From: a virus
Lineage: Duplodnaviria > Caudoviricetes
Length of the DNA stretch: 64,000 nucleotides
Virus record (IMG/VR): IMGVR_UViG_3300036770_008730
Direction: 5' to 3' (one strand)
In this document: positions 19,899 to 29,285 of the stretch, in pieces
Layout: every line of letters begins with the position of its first letter
How positions within the stretch are numbered: the stretch's first letter is position 1
Program-made: the position numbers and the translations under genes
The notes under the pieces: generated by a model
What the model saw: only the letters and a program-made list of their open reading frames with translations
Databases searched by the model: none
Told to the model about the DNA's origin: nothing

Positions 19899-20270
19899 AT
19901 GGAAAAATTTATATCATTTTTCAAACAATTATTCGGAAAAAAACAAACAACCACAGAGACAGCTGAAACTAAAGTTGAACCAGTTGCTGTAAAGGAGCCG
20001 GTAAAAGAGGTTATTTTGGAACCGATTAAATCTGAACCAGTAAAAGAGGAACCAGTAAAAGAGGAGCCTGTTCAAGCAATTGAAACAAGACTAGCTGAAA
20101 AGTCTTCAAATGAGAAAAAAGTAACAGCTAAAGATATTAAATCTAAAGCTAGAAAAACTCAAAACACTGAACAAAAGAAATCAGATAAACCAGTTCAGAA
20201 AAATCAAAAACCAAAACCTAATAATAATCCTAACAGGAAGCCAAATCCTAAAAAGAAGGAAGGTCAATAA
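19899..20270 (+). CDS. low-complexity Lys/Glu/Pro-rich hypothetical protein
   Basis: 123-aa ORF with EP-repeat segment and basic tail, followed by a terminator. Confidence 0.65.
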   Translation: MEKFISFFKQLFGKKQTTTETAETKVEPVAVKEPVKEVILEPIKSEPVKEEPVKEEPVQAIETRLAEKSSNEKKVTAKDIKSKARKTQNTEQKKSDKPVQKNQKPKPNNNPNRKPNPKKKEGQ

Positions 20271-20276
20271 AAAATT

Positions 20277-20302
20277 AACCCACTCAATGAGTGGGTTTTT
20301 TA
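20277..20302 (+). terminator. intrinsic terminator
   Basis: aacccactc-aat-gagtgggtt followed by T-tract. Confidence 0.8.
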
Positions 20303-20325
20303 ATGCTAAATTAAATATATACCCT

Positions 20326-21015
20326 ATGAAATATTTAGTAGAGTGGAGAATTTTTGAATCAAAAGAAGATAAAAAACCAAGTAAGGACGTTGAAAATGAA
20401 ATAAAAAGATTCAAATCTAAATGGGGAATTGAACTTGACCAGAATTTCACATTGAGAGAAATAAAGGTCATATCTGAAGGTCTTTCTTATTATAATACTA
20501 AGTTTATAAAAAATCGTATAGATAGAATAATACGAAAAGATATGGGTGCTGTGAAAGGTAGATGGAAAAACACTGAAAAAAAGAAATGGATGTTTTTAAA
20601 TCCAAAAATTTTTAATTTCAAAAAAAGGTGGAAAAATGAAGATGTTGATATTCCGTATGCTGTGTTTACAGTAGTACATGAAACCGCACATTGTATAGAT
20701 TATTTGGAAAGAATTTCCTTTTCTAAGGAATGGCAGTCTTTATCAGGATTTAAAAAATGTGATATTCATGATAAAGTTCCGGATGGATATATTAGATACA
20801 TTGAAAGAAGACCTGGTAGAAAAGGTCCAAAAAAATCTGAGTGGATTCATAAAGAAGATTCAAACTTTTGTAGAAAATATAGTTCAAAAAATCCAAGAGA
20901 AGATTTTGCTGATTCACTAGCATTTACAATTTTAGGACTTTCTGAAAAAATGAAAGGTGAAGATGGTAAAGAAAAACTTAAAATAATTAAAAAATTATTA
21001 AAAAGGGCTGAGTAG
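20326..21015 (+). CDS. zincin-like metallopeptidase (HEXXH)
   Basis: VVHETAHCID plus downstream NPREDFADS; start revised to ATG 20326 because the track start lies inside the terminator. Confidence 0.65.
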   Translation: MKYLVEWRIFESKEDKKPSKDVENEIKRFKSKWGIELDQNFTLREIKVISEGLSYYNTKFIKNRIDRIIRKDMGAVKGRWKNTEKKKWMFLNPKIFNFKKRWKNEDVDIPYAVFTVVHETAHCIDYLERISFSKEWQSLSGFKKCDIHDKVPDGYIRYIERRPGRKGPKKSEWIHKEDSNFCRKYSSKNPREDFADSLAFTILGLSEKMKGEDGKEKLKIIKKLLKRAE

Positions 21016-21026
21016 TTTTGAAATAA

Positions 21027-21713
21027 CTAAAAATCTGTAAGATCAACAGCCTGAACAGTTTCTTTATTAAATAAAAAAACCTCAATTCCTCTTAATCCAC
21101 TAATCCATTGTTCTCTACGCTGACTTGGTAATTCTAATACGTTTTGGATAGCAATTGATATTTTTTCTTCAGGAGTATTATCATATATCACTGCATTCAT
21201 AGTTGATGCACCCAAATGCGTAAGAATTTTAATTTTGAAATTTGTTTTATATATCTTTAGTTTGTGATAGACATCTATAACATCCTGTATCAACTCATCG
21301 GTGTTTTGATATTTTAATCTTATATAGCTCTCATAGTAATATCCACCATCCCAAGACGGATAATCTTCAATATCTTCAGTTCTATCTGTAAATGGTAATA
21401 GACAATCCTTCATATCTGAGTAATCTATTTTTAATGAATAAGCATTGAAAAAGGATTCTTGTGATCCATCATCTACCATATCTTGATAGTATTGAACATA
21501 GTCTTCTGTAATCTTATCAATTAATTCATCTAAAGCTACCTTTGTTTCGGAACTAAAAATACAATTCCCAGTCATAGGGTCATCTGTTCTATTAGTTAAA
21601 ATGTGTTCTATGAGTGGATTGAATATTTGGTTCCAGTCTTCCGCATTAACAAGTGGGTGTTTAGTCCACCTTTCTTTTTTCTTTTCTAAGATAAGTTTAG
21701 AGAATTTCTTCAT
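21027..21713 (-). CDS. hypothetical protein
   Basis: 228 aa, N-terminus MKKFSKLILE, TTAATATATA at 21718-21727. Confidence 0.7.
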   Translation of the reverse strand: MKKFSKLILEKKKERWTKHPLVNAEDWNQIFNPLIEHILTNRTDDPMTGNCIFSSETKVALDELIDKITEDYVQYYQDMVDDGSQESFFNAYSLKIDYSDMKDCLLPFTDRTEDIEDYPSWDGGYYYESYIRLKYQNTDELIQDVIDVYHKLKIYKTNFKIKILTHLGASTMNAVIYDNTPEEKISIAIQNVLELPSQRREQWISGLRGIEVFLFNKETVQAVDLTDF

Positions 21714-21736
21714 TCTCTATATATTAAGCAAATAGA

Positions 21737-22393
21737 TTACTTTTTTTTGAAGATTATTTCATCAATCATTCCGTATTTTTTGGCATCATTGGATGACATC
21801 CAATAATCTCTATCACCATCTTTGTAAACTCTATCATAGTTTTGTCCAGTTCTATCAGAGATAATTTCATATAATTCCTTTTTTAACAAATTCATCTCTC
21901 TAGCTTCAATTTCTATATCTGAAGCTTGTTGCATCCATCCACCATAAGTAAGTGGTTGATGAATCATTGTCCTACTTCTTTTAAGAGCCTTTCTTTTTCC
22001 TTTAGACCCAGAGCAAAGTATAACTGCTGCCATCGATGCCGCAAGTCCAGTATTAACGGTTACTATATCAGATTTTATATAGTCCATAACATCTAACAAA
22101 CCAAGTCCAGAATAAACAGAACCACCTGGCGAATCAATGTAAATTTTAATATCATCATTTGATTCACTATCAAGATACATAAGTTGAGCTTTAATGATGT
22201 TACAAACATCCGAATCTATTTCAGTTGATAAGAAAATAATTCTTTCTTCTAGTAGTTTAGAGAATACATCTACTGGTATTCCATTACTTTCGAGTAGTTG
22301 AGCTGTGTTATTTACTTTCTTAATTTTTTTGAAGTAGTCTTCTATTTTATGAGTGCTTACAATCTGATTTGAGTATTTTATAAAGTCGTTCAT
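21737..22393 (-). CDS. clpP: ATP-dependent Clp protease proteolytic subunit
   Basis: LLEERIIFL, IYIDSPGGSVYSGL, GLAASMAAVIL (Ser), MIHQP (His), DRDYWMS; start revised to ATG 22393. Confidence 0.93.
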   Translation of the reverse strand: MNDFIKYSNQIVSTHKIEDYFKKIKKVNNTAQLLESNGIPVDVFSKLLEERIIFLSTEIDSDVCNIIKAQLMYLDSESNDDIKIYIDSPGGSVYSGLGLLDVMDYIKSDIVTVNTGLAASMAAVILCSGSKGKRKALKRSRTMIHQPLTYGGWMQQASDIEIEAREMNLLKKELYEIISDRTGQNYDRVYKDGDRDYWMSSNDAKKYGMIDEIIFKKK

Positions 22394-22517
22394 TTGAATC
22401 TGGTTTTTTGTTTTTATATCAAATCGAATTAAAAGTTTAATATATACTAAGATGTGTGAATATTTTGAAAAATTCACATAATAGAAAATTAATATATAAA
22501 AAAAAATAAAAATTAAC

Positions 22518-22967
22518 ATGAAGACTACAATAGAAGTTAACGGTTATGAAATCGTAATTGAAGAAACAGGCGGAATGGTTTCCGTTAGTGCTCTTAAAGA
22601 TGGTGAAACTGTCGAAGAATTTTCATTAGAGACTACTGAAGGAGCTGAGGGAACTGAAGGAGAAGAAGTTCAATCATTCGGCGAATATGAAGAGGAAGAA
22701 GATTTTGAAGGTGAAGAAATGCCTGAAGAGACTGGTGATCTTGAGGATGAATTAGAAGAGGAAGAAGAAGATGAAATGCCTGAAGAAGATGAATTAGAAG
22801 AGGAAGAAGAAGATGAAATGCCTGAAGAAGATGAATTAGAAGAGGAAGAAAATGCTCCTGCTCTTGAATCATTCAGTTCTTTTCTTAATAAGAAATCTAA
22901 ATCTAATACTAACAACAAAAAAACTACTAAAAAAAATAGTAATTCAAAAGTAGTTAAGAAAAAGTAA
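22518..22967 (+). CDS. acidic repeat protein with basic C-terminal tail
   Basis: Glu-rich core, internal LESFSSFL, Lys-rich end; two TTAATATATA upstream (22437-22446, 22489-22498). Confidence 0.7.
   Translation: MKTTIEVNGYEIVIEETGGMVSVSALKDGETVEEFSLETTEGAEGTEGEEVQSFGEYEEEEDFEGEEMPEETGDLEDELEEEEEDEMPEEDELEEEEEDEMPEEDELEEEENAPALESFSSFLNKKSKSNTNNKKTTKKNSNSKVVKKK
22746..22850 (+). repeat. 42-bp tandem repeat, 2.5 copies (DELEEEEEDEMPEE)
   Basis: gatgaattagaagaggaagaagaagatgaaatgcctgaagaa at 22746, 22788 and partial at 22830. Confidence 0.9.
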
Positions 22968-22968
22968 T

Positions 22969-23973
22969 ATGATAATTAAAAAATATACAGACTTCTTAAA
23001 AGAGGAATATTTACAAGGAAATTTCAAAGATTCCACAGGTTCTGATTATAAAGTATATCAGTTACTATACTACGCTTTTGATTGGGATGATAATATTCTT
23101 AGAATGCCAACTGAGATAATACTTGTTAATCAAGATGGAAATGAGGTTGGTATGTCCACAGAGGATTTTGCAAAATATAGAGATATTATAGGAAAAAGTC
23201 AATTTGAATATAACGGTCAAACTATCACCGGATATGCCAATGACGCCTTTAGATACTTTAGAGATGACGCCGATCCAGATATCTTTACTAAAGATGTTGA
23301 AAAAGCACTAAATGAAAAAAGATTTGCTAAGTCTTATAATGATTTTATTGAGTGTCTAACAACCGGGTCTCTTTTTGCAATCATCACTGCTCGTGGTCAT
23401 GAGCCATTACCTATGAGAAAAGGTATAGAGTTTATGATTAACAAATTAACACCTACTCAAAAAACAAGCATGATAGACCATCTAAAAATGTTCTCTCATC
23501 TATTTGATGAGCCAATTAAACCTGATGATATTTTGATAAAAGAGTATCTTGATAAGTGTGAATATATTGGAGTATCTTCACCATCAAGAGGAGGAAAGCC
23601 TGATAATCCTGAAAAGGCAAAAGAAGATGCTTTCTTTGGTTTTGTCGAAAAATGCAATACTTTTTCAAAAGAACTTGAAAACAAATTCAATAGTGATCCA
23701 GAGACTCTTAAAAGAGGGGAAAGGTGGAAAGTTATTGCTAAAATAGGATTCTCTGATGATGATGCAAAAAACATCAAACATTTAGATGATGTTGTGAGAG
23801 AATTGAAAAATGAAACATACTCGAATGTAAAAGAATTTTACATGAAAGATACTGGTAAAGAAGATTTACAAACAAATGTTTATACAAAATATCAAGAGGG
23901 TGAACCTAATCCAACATCAGAATCAGTTGTTAGAAAATTTGACAGATTCTTAAAAAAAAAGCTAACTCGTTAA
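22969..23973 (+). CDS. HAD-superfamily phosphatase-like protein (possibly extended to 24191 by -1 frameshift)
   Basis: FDWDDN (motif I), IITARGH (II), IGFSDDD (IV); see frameshift finding. Confidence 0.7.
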   Translation: MIIKKYTDFLKEEYLQGNFKDSTGSDYKVYQLLYYAFDWDDNILRMPTEIILVNQDGNEVGMSTEDFAKYRDIIGKSQFEYNGQTITGYANDAFRYFRDDADPDIFTKDVEKALNEKRFAKSYNDFIECLTTGSLFAIITARGHEPLPMRKGIEFMINKLTPTQKTSMIDHLKMFSHLFDEPIKPDDILIKEYLDKCEYIGVSSPSRGGKPDNPEKAKEDAFFGFVEKCNTFSKELENKFNSDPETLKRGERWKVIAKIGFSDDDAKNIKHLDDVVRELKNETYSNVKEFYMKDTGKEDLQTNVYTKYQEGEPNPTSESVVRKFDRFLKKKLTR

Positions 23974-24179
23974 CAGAAACATCACATCAAACTCCCGGTT
24001 TAGAGTCTTCAGTGTTAAAGTTTACTCAGTTTGGAAATATGGCAGCTCATTTAAATCCTACCGGTCCAGATCAAAGGCAGGATGATAGAGCAAATGCTTT
24101 TAGAAGAGCTACTAATTATTTATCAGGTGTTTCAAAGGAAATATTGAAACCAAAAAGAAGAATTAAAAGAAAAAAGAAG

Positions 24180-24204
24180 TCCTCTAAATAGTAGAGGATT
24201 TTTT
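24180..24204. terminator. intrinsic terminator (likely bidirectional)
   Basis: tcctcta-aatag-tagagga-tttttt with A-rich run upstream. Confidence 0.7.
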
Positions 24205-24394
24205 AGTTTAAACGAATTGCATCCATTTTAAGAATGCACCTAATAAATCCATCAAACTCAACATAATAATCTCTTGTAGATTCAGAATCTATAATAAACT
24301 CTTCACCAATATGTTTATTATACCAAGACTTTTCAGAGTTGGACTTTTTTATTTTAATTTTTATTGGCTTAGCAGCTTTTGCGAATTTTGTCAT
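24203..24394 (-). CDS. small hypothetical protein
   Basis: 63-aa ORF between terminator and palindromic promoter motif. Confidence 0.5.
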   Translation of the reverse strand: MTKFAKAAKPIKIKIKKSNSEKSWYNKHIGEEFIIDSESTRDYYVEFDGFIRCILKMDAIRLN

Positions 24395-24408
24395 TTAATA
24401 TATATTAA
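24395..24408. promoter_or_regulatory. palindromic TTAATATATATTAA, putative bidirectional late promoter
   Basis: Perfect 14-bp palindrome containing the motif on both strands, between divergent ORFs. Confidence 0.55.
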
Positions 24409-24413
24409 TCAAT

Positions 24414-26315
24414 ATGAAAGTGTTTAAATATTTTGATTTTTTATTAGAAGCAACTAGAGTTCAAAAAACAATGAGACTTCACTATTCAGAGAAGTTTAGA
24501 AGTCTTCTACAAAAGATGCAAAAAAATAATGATTTCGCATCACTACTTTTAGCAGCCGAAGACTCAAATCAAATCTCAGATATCTACACATTAATTGATG
24601 TGACTGATAAAAATGATATGATTTCTTGCATACAAGTAAATCGTATTTTAAGATCGAATCCCGATACTAAAACCTATACAAATGATGATGTTTATTTTTT
24701 GAATAGATCAATCACCAACGATGAAAAAAATGAGTTTTGGAAGAATGGCAGAACTAATATGGGAATTGGAAAATGGATGAGAAGGGTTGTTGTTGATTTA
24801 TATAAATCACCATCAGTCCTAAATGATAAAAAACTGGAAGATTTTGTCAATCTCTATAAATCTACTTTTGATGGTATTAATAATGTTAAAGAAGAAAGAT
24901 TTCAACTAGTAGAAGGTGACGAAATTAGAAAATGGTATCATGCAGATAACTATTTTGAACTAAAAGGTCAATTAGGAAATTCTTGCATGAGATATACAAG
25001 ATGTCAAGATTACTTAGATATTTATGTTAAAAATCCAGAAGTTTGCAAATTGTTAATTTACAAAAGTGAAGAAGACCCTGAAAAGATTATTGGACGAGCT
25101 CTTATCTGGAATATTAAACCAACACCGAAAGGTATTACAAAATACATGGATAGAATTTATACCATCGCTGATTCTGATAGGTTACTATTTCAAGATTGGG
25201 CTACTGAAAATGGCGTAAATTATGGATACTCTGGTGTCAAATATATTCAACTTAATAATGTTAATTTCAACAAATATCCATATATGGACACATTTATCTA
25301 TCTAAATAAAGAAACAAAGTCTTTAACAAATGACGATGGTGTTTGGCCTGGACAAAGCTATATAAAAATACAAGACACAAACGGTGGATATACTGACGAT
25401 GATAGCGTTTGGTCAGAATATCACGGTGATTATATATCAAGAGAAAATGCTGTTTATTGTGACTACAGTGACGATTGGATTCACATTGATGATGCTAATT
25501 ATCTTGACTATAAGGATGTATATGTTGGTCCTAATGTAGATACCGCTTATTCGGAATATCACGGAGAGACCTTTTTAACGGATGATGTTGTTTGGTCAGA
25601 ATGTATGAATGATAATCTTTATCCAGAATATTCAAATGTTGTTGAAATGAAAACAAGTTACCAAGGTGATACAGATTGGGTTATTAGCACTCGAACAGAT
25701 CTTTGTTTGAAAGTTGGTGATGATTATTATAGTAGAAAAGATTATATAAAAGATCCATATAGTGATGAATATCATTTCTTAGATGAAAAAGAAATGAAAA
25801 CTTATGAAGATAGATTCAAAGAAAGTTGGGGTGATAAACTTTATGATAAGTTACTAAAAGACATTATTCCTGAAGGAATGAGAAATGAAGAATTCAATAT
25901 TTTAAGAGAATGGGTAGTTTCTGAAATTAAAAAGGATATATTAGAGGAAAACTATGATATACATTTAATTTCTGAGATTGAAAATAATGAAATATTTAGA
26001 CGAAACATCAATTTCTTCTATGCTGCACAACGGGATAAAGAAATAAAACCTACTGCAAAAGATTTGGTGCCGTTAATTATTGCCTGTAAAATAAAACCAG
26101 TGAGTGTGCGAGGATATGTTAGTACTGGATTATATAAAGAATTACACACAATGGCTACAAGTATGATAAATCCCGAAGATAAAGATTTAGTAAAGAAGTA
26201 TAAATTTTATGCAGAAAATAGATTTATCTCAATCATCAATAGATTGGCCTTATCTATAAGTTCCGAATCACTTGGATTAGATTTGTATAAGAAGTTCTTA
26301 TTTATTAATAGTTAA
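24414..26315 (+). CDS. hypothetical protein, SCM/GRALIW/MDRIYT family (paralog 1)
   Basis: GQLGNSCMRY, IIGRALIW, YMDRIYT, YPYMDTF; W/YSExH repeats; N-terminus MKVFKYFDFLLEA. Confidence 0.75.
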   Translation: MKVFKYFDFLLEATRVQKTMRLHYSEKFRSLLQKMQKNNDFASLLLAAEDSNQISDIYTLIDVTDKNDMISCIQVNRILRSNPDTKTYTNDDVYFLNRSITNDEKNEFWKNGRTNMGIGKWMRRVVVDLYKSPSVLNDKKLEDFVNLYKSTFDGINNVKEERFQLVEGDEIRKWYHADNYFELKGQLGNSCMRYTRCQDYLDIYVKNPEVCKLLIYKSEEDPEKIIGRALIWNIKPTPKGITKYMDRIYTIADSDRLLFQDWATENGVNYGYSGVKYIQLNNVNFNKYPYMDTFIYLNKETKSLTNDDGVWPGQSYIKIQDTNGGYTDDDSVWSEYHGDYISRENAVYCDYSDDWIHIDDANYLDYKDVYVGPNVDTAYSEYHGETFLTDDVVWSECMNDNLYPEYSNVVEMKTSYQGDTDWVISTRTDLCLKVGDDYYSRKDYIKDPYSDEYHFLDEKEMKTYEDRFKESWGDKLYDKLLKDIIPEGMRNEEFNILREWVVSEIKKDILEENYDIHLISEIENNEIFRRNINFFYAAQRDKEIKPTAKDLVPLIIACKIKPVSVRGYVSTGLYKELHTMATSMINPEDKDLVKKYKFYAENRFISIINRLALSISSESLGLDLYKKFLFINS

Positions 26316-26563
26316 TCTATGATTTTTTTTATATTGTGTTCTCTATCGATAGAGACTTGATTTTGATAATACCATCTACGAAAATCGCTTGCAAAGTAAA
26401 CAAATTCTTTTTCACCACTACCGTCTAACTTATCTTCCATAATACATCCTTGACCACAAATAAATCTATCGAAGCTTTGTTTCCAGTGCTCCGGGATATA
26501 AGAATCTCTAACATCGACGTTAGCATCATATAACTCTTTTAGTGTCGGTATTCTTTCTTTCAT
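26312..26563 (-). CDS. small hypothetical protein
   Basis: 83 aa; TATATTTG box upstream; ends IDREHNIKKIID. Confidence 0.6.
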   Translation of the reverse strand: MKERIPTLKELYDANVDVRDSYIPEHWKQSFDRFICGQGCIMEDKLDGSGEKEFVYFASDFRRWYYQNQVSIDREHNIKKIID

Positions 26564-26568
26564 AGTTA

Positions 26569-26576
26569 CAAATATA
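26569..26576 (-). promoter_or_regulatory. Bacteroidota sigma70-type -7 box (TAnnTTTG)
   Basis: TATATTTG on minus strand 5 nt upstream of ATG 26563. Confidence 0.45.
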
Positions 26577-26623
26577 CAAAAATATATTAATAAACTAAAT
26601 AATTGTTTTAGAATATATCATGT

Positions 26624-27811
26624 GTGGATAAATCTTATGTCGCTAATATTATTCAAAACGTATTAAATAAAGAGTTTTCTTCTACTCATAGAAGAAAAAT
26701 AATAACATATGCAGATCGTTTAAACATATGTTGTCCATACTGTGGTGATGGAAAATCAGACCATAAAAAAAGAGGTAATTTTTATTTCAATCGTTTAATT
26801 TATATTTGCTTTAATTGTGATAAGAAAACCACATTTGATAGATTTTGTAAAGACTTCAACGAACAATTAGATCCTGAAAAGAAACTAGAAATGATTGAAC
26901 ACTTAAATAGTGTTATGACATATTCTGATTATGAAGGAGACTTTGTTGATGCCAGATTAGAAAATCTAATTGACTTAACAGAGCTTGAAAGGGTTTTTTC
27001 ACAAGACCTTACTCCCATATCCGATTTCAAACCAATTCAAGTAAATGGAGGAGTCTACAAATATCTAATCGGAAGAGGTATTCCACCAGAATATCATAAT
27101 AACATTTATCAAGCCAAATACTGGAAAAATGAAGATGAACACGAGTGGATTATTGTTCTATTAAATAGAAGAGGTGATAAGATTTTAGGAATGCAAATTA
27201 GAAATTTGAAAGAAGGCAGAAAAAGAATGTTCAAAATTTACAATTATGAGAATCTTTTAGAATGGGTAAATATTGGAAAAGATACTGGAGAATCAGATAT
27301 GAATAGTTTAGTAATTTACAACAAACTTTCTTACTACTTTAACATATTAAATGTTGATTTCGGTGAAAGAATTACTGTATTTGAAGGATATTTAGATTCT
27401 TTATTTTTTCCAAATTCAATTGGACTTGTTGGTGTAAATACAGACTTTCGCTTTTTAGAAAATAATAATTTAGATTTACAATACTTTTTTGACAATGATG
27501 AAGCCGGGTATAAAAAATCTGAAGAAAAATTAAAAAATGGATATTCTATTTTCTTATGGAAAAAGTTATTTGAAGATATTGTTGAAAAAAAGAATTCAGA
27601 CGATCCATATAAACTCTTACATAGAATTGGCAAGGTAAAAGATGTAAACAAACTTTGTCAGCTTGTTCCAGATGCTTATAAAAAACTACAATTACAAAGC
27701 TTTTTTAGTAAAGATATTTTAGATATAAAGTGGATTCCTAAGTTTAGAAAAACAAAGAAGAAAGAAGAAACCGACTATAATAAAAAGTTTGACTCTTTCA
27801 AATATCTTTAA
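26624..27811 (+). CDS. DNA primase (T4 gp61-like)
   Basis: CCPYCGD...YICFNCD zinc finger, VFEGYLDSLF and FFDNDEAG TOPRIM motifs; GTG start. Confidence 0.88.
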   Translation: MDKSYVANIIQNVLNKEFSSTHRRKIITYADRLNICCPYCGDGKSDHKKRGNFYFNRLIYICFNCDKKTTFDRFCKDFNEQLDPEKKLEMIEHLNSVMTYSDYEGDFVDARLENLIDLTELERVFSQDLTPISDFKPIQVNGGVYKYLIGRGIPPEYHNNIYQAKYWKNEDEHEWIIVLLNRRGDKILGMQIRNLKEGRKRMFKIYNYENLLEWVNIGKDTGESDMNSLVIYNKLSYYFNILNVDFGERITVFEGYLDSLFFPNSIGLVGVNTDFRFLENNNLDLQYFFDNDEAGYKKSEEKLKNGYSIFLWKKLFEDIVEKKNSDDPYKLLHRIGKVKDVNKLCQLVPDAYKKLQLQSFFSKDILDIKWIPKFRKTKKKEETDYNKKFDSFKYL

Positions 27812-27813
27812 CC

Positions 27814-28287
27814 TCAAATAAAAACTATTTTCTCGTTACTATATTTGGTATTTTTTCTTGAAAGATAATACATAAAATCTAAGTTTCCTCTTTCTGCATT
27901 ACAGTCTTTACAACAAACAATTAAATTTACTTGGCAATTATTCCCACCATTTGAAATTGGAACTATGTGGTCCGCTGTTGCATTTTCCAAATTAAGAGGT
28001 TTTTCACAATAAAGACATTTTGCTTTTTTGTTAGAAATAACAAATTCTCTGGCATATCCTGAAGTTCTTCTCTTAACATTTTTACCGTTGTATTTCAGAC
28101 CAACAACAACAAAGTTTTTTAGTATTTTGTATTTCCTTCTGTATATCTCACACATTTTATAATGTCGATTTATTGCAACTGATAAATTAATCAGATATTT
28201 CCATCTTTTGTATGTTTTACTATCAACTGAAATAAAGTGTGGATGTTCTGCGGTTGCAAGGAAAATTAAAGTTTTAATCAAATTCAT
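27814..28287 (-). CDS. HNH endonuclease
   Basis: CLYCE..L....ATADHIVPISNGG.N...NL..CC..CN..RG. Confidence 0.88.
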   Translation of the reverse strand: MNLIKTLIFLATAEHPHFISVDSKTYKRWKYLINLSVAINRHYKMCEIYRRKYKILKNFVVVGLKYNGKNVKRRTSGYAREFVISNKKAKCLYCEKPLNLENATADHIVPISNGGNNCQVNLIVCCKDCNAERGNLDFMYYLSRKNTKYSNEKIVFI

Positions 28288-28370
28288 ATCTATTCATATC
28301 CTAAGTTATATATTGATAAAGTCCTCTTTCCTAAAATTATATATATCCATGAAAAAATAAATTAATCACT

Positions 28371-28709
28371 ATGGCAAACGAAAAAAAGGCAGTAACTCCA
28401 GCTGCAACAACTGGTTCTAAAAAATGGTTTTTTGGTTGGGAAAACATTAAATGGGTTTGTAAAGAACTTATGAATGTTTATTCTGCTAAGGATTCTTACT
28501 TTTCTAAGAAAAGAATTGAATCAGGAGTAGCTTTTATCATCGCTCAATGGGGTATGATATTCTTCTTACTTGAAAAACATTCAACACTTTCAATGGGAGA
28601 ATTTTTATTATGGGCCGGTGCTGAATTTGCAGTATCTGGATACATCATCAATAAAATTCAGAGTGAGAAAAAGACTCAATCTGAAACACAAACAGAAGAA
28701 CAACTTTAA
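28371..28709 (+). CDS. membrane protein (holin-like candidate)
   Basis: Two hydrophobic segments, SKKRIESG motif, charged termini. Confidence 0.5.
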   Translation: MANEKKAVTPAATTGSKKWFFGWENIKWVCKELMNVYSAKDSYFSKKRIESGVAFIIAQWGMIFFLLEKHSTLSMGEFLLWAGAEFAVSGYIINKIQSEKKTQSETQTEEQL

Positions 28710-28713
28710 AACT

Positions 28714-28742
28714 AAAAACCCTCTAAAAGAGGGTTTTTTTTA
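28714..28742. terminator. bidirectional intrinsic terminator
   Basis: aaaaaccctct-aaa-agagggttttt between convergent genes. Confidence 0.8.
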
Positions 28743-29252
28743 TTTTTTATACTTTTGAAATTTTCTTGTATTTCTGTAGCTCTTAGATTCTTTTTGCATT
28801 GTCATCTCTAAGTCCTCAACTGCCTGTTGGTCAGACACTTCTCTCTCGTCTGAAATTTCTTCTGTAGATTCACTTGCTAATAAATAGTCAGCAACTTCTT
28901 GAGCGGTTTTAAACTTCTTTTTATCAACATGAAATACACCTTCACCGGTCTCGTCATTAAATGTCTCAGATGGAAATAGTATTGTTTTTTCTTTGTAAAT
29001 AACTGAATTATTTGACACTGTTGATCCTGGTAATAATTCTGATAAAGTATTTAAATTGTCAGAATAAACATCACCTCCTTCTTGTTCTGTTCCTAACTCC
29101 TCATCTTCAATTGGACCTTCTGCTTTTGGTAATTCACCTTCCAATTGTTCAATCTCAACATCTTCTTCGGATGACATAGGAGCAACATTTGCCGGTGGAA
29201 CCATATCTTCATTAATTTTATTCTTTACGAATTGATTATATCTTTTAATCAT
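28740..29252 (-). CDS. acidic hypothetical protein
   Basis: N-terminus MIKRYNQFVKNKINED; ATG 29252 preferred. Confidence 0.65.
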   Translation of the reverse strand: MIKRYNQFVKNKINEDMVPPANVAPMSSEEDVEIEQLEGELPKAEGPIEDEELGTEQEGGDVYSDNLNTLSELLPGSTVSNNSVIYKEKTILFPSETFNDETGEGVFHVDKKKFKTAQEVADYLLASESTEEISDEREVSDQQAVEDLEMTMQKESKSYRNTRKFQKYKK

Positions 29253-29285
29253 TTTCAATAGTTATTTTTTTGTATATATAAAATT

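Noticed and set aside
20287-22519. Track start sites 20287 and 22519 (also 6077)
   Set aside because: They fall inside a terminator or extend through promoter/intergenic sequence; downstream ATGs at 20326, 22393 and 6032 fit motif context better
22633-23777. Alternative-frame ORFs over the acidic repeat gene and HAD gene
   Set aside because: Shadows of low-complexity or longer genes
27814-28287. HNH gene as a mobile intron or homing element
   Set aside because: Free-standing and convergent with an intact primase; no intron boundaries evident, so kept as a plain CDS
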